In this document: one piece after another, positions 36,934 to 42,441 of the stretch
Layout: each line of letters opens with the position of its first letter
Numbering within the stretch: position 1 is the first letter of the stretch
Source: Bdellovibrionales bacterium
GTDB lineage: Bacteria; Bdellovibrionota; Bdellovibrionia; Bdellovibrionales; JAGQZY01
Assembly (NCBI GenBank): GCA_031426555.1
Contig: JANPLN010000035.1
Coordinates: 1-42,441 of the forward strand
Direction of reading: 5' to 3'
Length of the DNA stretch: 42,441 nt
The notes under the pieces: generated by a model
What the model was told of the DNA's origin: nothing
The model's database searches: none
The model's input: the letters and a program-made list of their open reading frames with translations, nothing else
Program-made: the position numbers and the translations under genes

Positions 36934-37024
36934 GGTGCCCCGGGCCGGACTTGAACCGGCACGCCCGTTTACACGAAGCTCAGGATTTTAAATCCTGTGC
37001 GTCTACCGATTTCGCCACCGGGGC
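36933..37024 (-). tRNA. tRNA-Leu (TAA)
   Basis: Reverse complement GCCCCGGTGGCGAAATCGGTAGACGCACAGGATTTAAAATCCTG...GCCGGTTCAAGTCCGGCCCGGGGCACCA; long variable arm, encoded CCA. Confidence 0.97.
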
Positions 37025-37136
37025 AGTGAAGAAAGTGAACGAAAACTAATGTCATTTTTAATGCGATTAGGCAAGCGCTGAGACTCAGCGCCATGGATTT
37101 TGCGTGCCGTAAAAATAGGCAGCTAACTAAGCAGCC

Positions 37137-38963
37137 CTAGGGCTGCTCGACAACCACATTCGGCTGATATGTCTTACGACAGGTATTGATCAGATGCGAT
37201 GAAATCTGAATGCTGTACGGTGAGAGTGGGGCATTGGTGTTTAAACAGTAGTAAATGTCCACAAGGGAGTTGGGTCCACCGGCATCCGAGATGTGCACTG
37301 TGTTCGTAGTGCCGCTGTAGCTGTGGCCTCGTTGCACGCCATCCACTTTCGCTTGAATCGTATTTGCATCGACGTTGAGATATTTCAAAATAAAGTCATA
37401 ACGGAGATCAAGGCGAGTCGAAGTGTAGCCACCAATGGACGACAGACCCGTTGGAATTGCCGTTTTTGTGATATCAATGATCGCTCCACCAGCTAAGTTG
37501 GTGATCATGTTATATCCAAGGCCCAAACCGTTTTCTAAACCAACAGGGATGCGCGACTTATCGTTGTAAATGATCGAAGACACATACAGCGGCATGGACT
37601 GACGCACCACTTGCAATCGTTGCAACACAGACTGAGCTGTAACGCCCGCGCAATAGCGGGAGCTAAAAGACGCCTCGAGACCGTCGGCATCTGCAACAGA
37701 AGGATCTAAGTAACAAATGTCGTTTTCATCCGAGATAAAAATCACAGCAAGAGCGGCGTCTGGGCGGAAAAAGTTTTTCTCACCGGCGATCGTCGAAAGC
37801 GTTTGAATGGACTCGTAACGGCTTGGCGACGTGGCGTAGGGGCGAACGGCCTCGTATGCACTCAGTAAGCCAGCTTCTCCACCATCGGCGTCGAAATCCG
37901 TTGGAAGGTTGCGCAAGGCTTGGCCGGGAATGGCGTTACCAGCATCATCCCACGCGCGAATGTCGTAGTTGTTTTGACGATACAAAAGTTTACGGCGCAA
38001 CCAGTATTGAACTTGCGACGTGCTGTAATCTTTTGTGCTAATTACGAATTTTTCTTTTGGATCTTTGTAATCAGATTTATACAGTCGACCCGTAAAGTAA
38101 CTTGAAGGTCCGTGTGCAAGCGTGACAGCAAACTGCACGTCGGTGCCGGAAGGCATTTTGCCAATGTAGTTTGTAATGCCATTAGCGAGTTGTTCGCGCT
38201 CAGTGTCCATAGATGACGAGGAATCTGTAATAATCCAAACATCAAGCTTACGTGTAATAATAGATCCAGGCTGTTGATAGCGCTCGGTGATGCAGTAACG
38301 GTTGTCGTGATCGCATCCAGGTTCGAAAGGTGTGCAGCTGCCAGTTGTACTACCTGTGGTTGTGCCACCAGTCGCTGAGCCACCAGTAGTTGAGCTACCA
38401 GACATCGTGCCTGAAGACGTTGTTCCGCTAGTTGTAGAGCCTCCAGAAGTTGTGCCGGAAGAGGTTGAGCCGCCAGAAGTGGTTCCTGAAGATGTGGAGC
38501 CGCCAGTTGTTGTGCCTGAAGATGTGGATCCACCAGAGGTTGTGCCACTCGTCGTCGTGCCACCAGTGGTTGTCCCGCCAGTCGTCGTTCCACCCGTGGA
38601 GCAGCATCCTGTTGTGGTTCCGATGCTTGTCGACCCACCATTTGTCGACCCACCAGTCGTCGTGCCGCCCATCGTAGATCCACCGCTCGTCGAACCACCG
38701 TTAGTAGTTCCACCAGAGGTCATTCCACCGCTGTTAGAGCCACCGCTTGCTGTTCCACCAGTGGGCCCACCAGGTCCGCCCGACGTGCCACTAGAGGTTG
38801 AGCCACCGGAGCCAGAACCGCCGCCTGAAGAACTGCTTCCGTTGCCTTGGTCCACTTCGCTCGTTTGCAATGTTTCGAAAGATTTTTTCGAACACGCCTG
38901 CGTGCTGAGCATCAACAGCCCAAGAACCGCGGTAAAGAAAAGTTTGTTTGAAAGAGTCTTCAT
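37137..38963 (-). CDS. Lipoprotein with Gly/Ser/Thr pentapeptide-repeat stalk and vWA-like domain
   Basis: Lipobox TQAC; (S/T)T(S/T)(G/S)G repeats; LDVWIITDSSSSM (MIDAS-like), FFRPDAALAVIFISDEND. Confidence 0.8.
   Translation of the reverse strand: MKTLSNKLFFTAVLGLLMLSTQACSKKSFETLQTSEVDQGNGSSSSGGGSGSGGSTSSGTSGGPGGPTGGTASGGSNSGGMTSGGTTNGGSTSGGSTMGGTTTGGSTNGGSTSIGTTTGCCSTGGTTTGGTTTGGTTTSGTTSGGSTSSGTTTGGSTSSGTTSGGSTSSGTTSGGSTTSGTTSSGTMSGSSTTGGSATGGTTTGSTTGSCTPFEPGCDHDNRYCITERYQQPGSIITRKLDVWIITDSSSSMDTEREQLANGITNYIGKMPSGTDVQFAVTLAHGPSSYFTGRLYKSDYKDPKEKFVISTKDYSTSQVQYWLRRKLLYRQNNYDIRAWDDAGNAIPGQALRNLPTDFDADGGEAGLLSAYEAVRPYATSPSRYESIQTLSTIAGEKNFFRPDAALAVIFISDENDICYLDPSVADADGLEASFSSRYCAGVTAQSVLQRLQVVRQSMPLYVSSIIYNDKSRIPVGLENGLGLGYNMITNLAGGAIIDITKTAIPTGLSSIGGYTSTRLDLRYDFILKYLNVDANTIQAKVDGVQRGHSYSGTTNTVHISDAGGPNSLVDIYYCLNTNAPLSPYSIQISSHLINTCRKTYQPNVVVEQP
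38340..38845 (-). repeat. Degenerate 15-bp coding tandem repeat
   Basis: Encodes about 30 TTTGG/STSSG-type pentapeptides. Confidence 0.85.
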
Positions 38964-39017
38964 ATTCCACCCCGTATGTAACAATAGTATAGCGCTAAAC
39001 TTATTTCCTCTGCACCA

Positions 39018-39044
39018 TCATCGGTAGGTTCGGCTAAAAAATTG
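39018..39044 (-). promoter_or_regulatory. Putative sigma-28 (FliA) promoter
   Basis: TCAATTTT-N11-ACCGATGA upstream of the vWA lipoprotein. Confidence 0.5.
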
Positions 39045-39233
39045 ACATCGCCAGGCTTATAAACGCAAAAACTAAACCATGACGTTTGGTGAGGTCAGGT
39101 TGTCTCAAATTGCGACAAACCCTTTATTTTCCGAGGGAAAGCCCGATAAATTGCCATGAGTTTTTTTAAAGGTGTTTTCTTACTGACAGCAATTCTTGTT
39201 CTAGCAACGCAAATTATTCTTCAAGTTTACTAG

Positions 39234-41822
39234 CTAAAAGTCCTGTGAGTAACCAACGTAGAAGGTGCGGCCGAGAAGAGTGTCGGACGCGGGTAGCAGA
39301 AAACCTTGTGCGCCGTTGTTGTACTGATTGTACACTTTGTAGTTCAAAATATTTCTTATTCCCACGGTGACAACGCCTTCCCACGAGCTAAACATTTCGT
39401 AGTGCAAGTCGTATTCAGTGTAAACCGGAATCGATCCACGAGTCCGAGCCAAATTGGAACGGTTGGTATCTTTATCACGAGCAGAAAATGTTCGCGCACG
39501 CAAACTCACAAGATGAATTCCCTTTGTCAGACTCAAAGACGTCAAATTTCGCCAATTCAAATCCAGCTGTTTTTCATAGCCCTGAAAAGAGAAGGGTTGG
39601 TTGCCGTTCGAAATGGTGTGTGAATGATCCGTGCGAAATGTATAGCCAACGCCAGATTGCAGCGTGCCAGAATATTTAATATCAAGATCGATTCCATTAA
39701 CATCGTAGCGCCCCGAATTTGTGCGCAATGGGAGTAGCACACTTTGAATGACGTTGGTAACCGGATCGCGCACAATCGTAACGCCGATGCCGTTTAAAAC
39801 GCCAGCGCCAAGCTGATTTTCGGCGGCAGTTAAATTACTCAGGTTGATGGTGTTAAGTGCGTCTGTTCCGCTCGCACGCCAGTGATCAAGACCAATTGTC
39901 CAATTTTTTTTGGGACGCATTTGAAGACCGAAATTCCAGTGTTTGCCCTTTTCGGCATCAAGATTAGGATTTCCTCGAGTCGTGGTGGAGAATAAATTAT
40001 TACAGTTAGGATCATCATCGCCGAGAGGGCTACTTGTACATATCACATTGTCGCGAAAACGCTGAGGACGGGTGATGTTCCCTTGGTACAGCGAGCGAAG
40101 ATCGGGTGCTTTGAAGCCAGTCCCAAAGGAGCTGCGAAACGCGAGTTGTTTATTGATTTGGTATCCAACCGCAAGTTTGGGATTGAGGGTTGTACCAAAA
40201 TCCGAGTACTTGTCCATGCGAACTGCAGCCTGGAGCTGTAACTCTTTGGTTGGATTTTGTGTGAACTCTAAAAAATAGGATTGCACGTCGCGCTCGCCAT
40301 CTTGGTTTGATGCCAAACCCGTTAACGGAAGATTCTGCAACGAAAGCGAGTCGGCCCGAAAGTTATAGCGCTGCAATTGTCCTTCGGAGCCAAACGCCGC
40401 GTAGATGGATTTTTCGCCCAAGTTTAAGAGTCGGCCGGAGGCGATGAGGCGTGCATTCCATACATCCGAAAAATTACTATTCCAGGTGTCGACCATGGCA
40501 TCTCTCAAAGAATCTTTGCTTCCAGCCGGTTTAAACGGATTCCACGTTCCATTGAGAATTTTTTGATGAAGTATGTCCATCCGAGCATTGCCTTCGTAAA
40601 CGTCGCTCCTAAAAGTGTTCAAACCATAACCGACAGAAAAATCCCAGTCGAAGTTTTCGGACTCCTGACCTATTTTAAACTGAGCTGTTCCGTTATTGGT
40701 AATTTGCTTGGAACGTTCCACACCAAGCTCTTGGTCCGCGCTGTAAAGAAGTCGAAGCTTATCCGCGTTGTTAAATGTTGGTGAACCATTTAAAAACGAT
40801 GAAAGAAATGTGTTCGCAGTGGATCCAGGAATAGAGTAGTCAGGCGCACCCGGAATTGTGCCGCCCGCGCTGAAATCTTCGAGATTAATGATTTTTGGCG
40901 TGTTGTAGCCTTCAACTCTTTGGTGAGCCAGTAGCAGAGAGCCTTCGATGCGCAGATTGTTGGGGAGGTTGTAGCCCCCACTGAGTAAAAGATTGTAATG
41001 ATCGCGGGGGTTACTGAGTGAAAGTGTATTGTAGTGATTGTACCGACATCGTCCGCTACCATCCACCTGCGCGGGTGGGCAATCAGCGGCGCGATAGTAA
41101 GTGTCCGTGCCGAGCTGAAGGTTCCCCGGATTGCTCGTTAAACTTCCGCCGAGCTTTACATTTTTGATTCCATATTCCGTATCTGGGTACATTAAGCGTT
41201 GGTTGGTTCGATACTGAAAAACAGAGAGAATATTTCCTCGTTTAAAATTTTTACCGTAAGTGGCAATGATATTTGCTTCGGATCCGCGGCCGATTTCTGG
41301 CAAAGTTCCGCGGGCCGCGATGTTTGCTCCCTCATACTCTTTTTTTGTAATTATATTTACAACACCGGCGAGAGCCTCGGATCCATAAAGTGCAGAGGCA
41401 CCATCTTTTAAAATCTCAACTCGTTCGATGGCGCTTGCAGGAATAAAGTCGATGTTAACGGACTCTTCACCGGCCCCTTTTGGAAGGCGCAGACCGTTAA
41501 GCAGGACAAGGTTGTTTGCGGAATTCTGTCCATGAAAAGAAATATTGGTGTTGCCCGAAAAATTACTCGACGCTCCGGAGATCACGGCATTGTCCTTTAG
41601 CATACCCGAAGCCGAAAAACTTCCAGCCTCTTGCGCTTTGGTATTATCGATGACAGAGACAGGGGACGGAGCTCCTTCGTCCACAGTCCGTTTAATGTAG
41701 GATCCTGTAACAACGATCTTTTTGAGAACCTTGGGGCTTTCGTCGATGGTTTGGTCCTGGGCGTGGGCCGAAAAAAATAGACAAAGGAAACTCAACGTCA
41801 GTAAAAACTTTTTCAACGGCAA
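39234..41822 (-). CDS. TonB-dependent receptor
   Basis: IVVTGSYIKR TonB box, LVLLNGLR, IERVEILKDGASALYGSEALAGVVNIITK plug, NPNLDAE, terminal Phe. Confidence 0.95.
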   Translation of the reverse strand: MPLKKFLLTLSFLCLFFSAHAQDQTIDESPKVLKKIVVTGSYIKRTVDEGAPSPVSVIDNTKAQEAGSFSASGMLKDNAVISGASSNFSGNTNISFHGQNSANNLVLLNGLRLPKGAGEESVNIDFIPASAIERVEILKDGASALYGSEALAGVVNIITKKEYEGANIAARGTLPEIGRGSEANIIATYGKNFKRGNILSVFQYRTNQRLMYPDTEYGIKNVKLGGSLTSNPGNLQLGTDTYYRAADCPPAQVDGSGRCRYNHYNTLSLSNPRDHYNLLLSGGYNLPNNLRIEGSLLLAHQRVEGYNTPKIINLEDFSAGGTIPGAPDYSIPGSTANTFLSSFLNGSPTFNNADKLRLLYSADQELGVERSKQITNNGTAQFKIGQESENFDWDFSVGYGLNTFRSDVYEGNARMDILHQKILNGTWNPFKPAGSKDSLRDAMVDTWNSNFSDVWNARLIASGRLLNLGEKSIYAAFGSEGQLQRYNFRADSLSLQNLPLTGLASNQDGERDVQSYFLEFTQNPTKELQLQAAVRMDKYSDFGTTLNPKLAVGYQINKQLAFRSSFGTGFKAPDLRSLYQGNITRPQRFRDNVICTSSPLGDDDPNCNNLFSTTTRGNPNLDAEKGKHWNFGLQMRPKKNWTIGLDHWRASGTDALNTINLSNLTAAENQLGAGVLNGIGVTIVRDPVTNVIQSVLLPLRTNSGRYDVNGIDLDIKYSGTLQSGVGYTFRTDHSHTISNGNQPFSFQGYEKQLDLNWRNLTSLSLTKGIHLVSLRARTFSARDKDTNRSNLARTRGSIPVYTEYDLHYEMFSSWEGVVTVGIRNILNYKVYNQYNNGAQGFLLPASDTLLGRTFYVGYSQDF

Positions 41823-41878
41823 CTCCCAACCCCAAAATTGAAATTCGGTGTAACATGCTTAGCAGGGTGAGCCAATAG

Positions 41879-41901
41879 AAAAGGCCTCGTGTGGAGGCCT
41901 T
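41879..41901 (-). terminator. Rho-independent terminator-like hairpin
   Basis: AAGGCCTC-GTGTG-GAGGCCTT with a short T run on the minus strand. Confidence 0.5.
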
Positions 41902-41942
41902 AACAGAGTCTTGTAAATGTGCTGACGCTTCGATCTAAAAAA

Positions 41943-42441
41943 TTAAAATGCGAAGTAAACGGCGAGTGATGGAATAATAATTTCGTCGCGGCGGCTGGCC
42001 GTGTTTGCCAAGCCAGAAACTTCGACGTCTTCAAAAGAAACTTTTCTGTAAGTCAGCTCGGGTCCGATGAAAACGTCTTCCATCAACTGAGCGCGATAAC
42101 CGGCAGTCACTTGCAGACCATGCGCTCCAGAGTATTTAACTCCACCAGAGGTTAAGTCTTGGTCGCCGTTAATTACGTAGCCCACAAGACCGTAAACGCC
42201 CTTGTAAGCATAACCAGCTTGCACACCCACGTAGTAGTCGCTGGAGTCATCGATGAACTTTTGTGATGTGAGGGAGTAGAAACCACCCAAGTAAAGTCCC
42301 ATTTCAAATTCATAGCCCACACGCAATTCAATTTGCGACATGCTATTTTCGCTGTCTGTTTTGTAGACGCCGTAGGACGGGTTCAACGAAAAGCCTGCAA
42401 ACACGATTTGCGGGGCGAGTAATAGTGAAGTTATTAAATAC
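41943..42441 (-). CDS. Outer-membrane beta-barrel protein, 5' end beyond the window
   Basis: Frame stays open to the edge (YLITSLLLAPQIVFA|GFSLNP..), consistent with a signal peptide; alternating strands, terminal Phe. Confidence 0.75.
   Translation of the reverse strand, partial: YLITSLLLAPQIVFAGFSLNPSYGVYKTDSENSMSQIELRVGYEFEMGLYLGGFYSLTSQKFIDDSSDYYVGVQAGYAYKGVYGLVGYVINGDQDLTSGGVKYSGAHGLQVTAGYRAQLMEDVFIGPELTYRKVSFEDVEVSGLANTASRRDEIIIPSLAVYFAF

Noticed and set aside
38332..39027. 231-aa plus-strand Val/Pro-rich ORF and 223-aa alternative minus-frame ORF (38042-38713)
   Set aside because: Shadows of the G/S/T repeat in the real minus-strand gene.
39100..39118. TGTCTCAAATTGCGACA imperfect palindrome, with GTCTCA half-sites near 10102, 19504 and 35138
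   Set aside because: Could be an operator family, but the matches are too short and few to support without a genome-wide count.

Overview
Bacterial chromosome segment that looks like a Bdellovibrionota (predatory, Bdellovibrio-like) organism. This is inferred from gene content: AgmX/PglI-type TonB-C lipoprotein, CarD, many secreted peptidoglycan hydrolases, a vWA lipoprotein and FliA-type promoters. The left ~6.2 kb is a visibly AT-richer accessory block abutting the 3' end of tRNA-His(GTG). It encodes a tightly coupled oxygenase cluster (Cys-rich partial ORF, two AspH-like and one TauD-like 2OG-Fe(II) oxygenases, two ABM-like proteins) plus an S8 protease, and the first oxygenase is interrupted by an in-frame TGA. 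The core region holds an HD-GYP protein, recG, carD, gltX, uvrB, infA, a DEAD helicase, an RsmB-family gene, tRNA-Leu(TAA) and a TonB receptor. The best candidate for an undescribed system is a single-chain cysteine dioxygenase-PLP decarboxylase fusion (predicted cysteine to hypotaurine) in an operon with YHS-(seleno)protein and DoxX genes, divergent from a DedA-ATP-grasp ligase fusion. Also notable: a 197-bp foldback element that supplies the stop codons of two convergent genes, a secreted DarT/ART-like protein, a beta-lactamase-fold pseudoenzyme and two candidate hydrolase/immunity pairs. All calls come from reading motifs by eye; no database searches were run.
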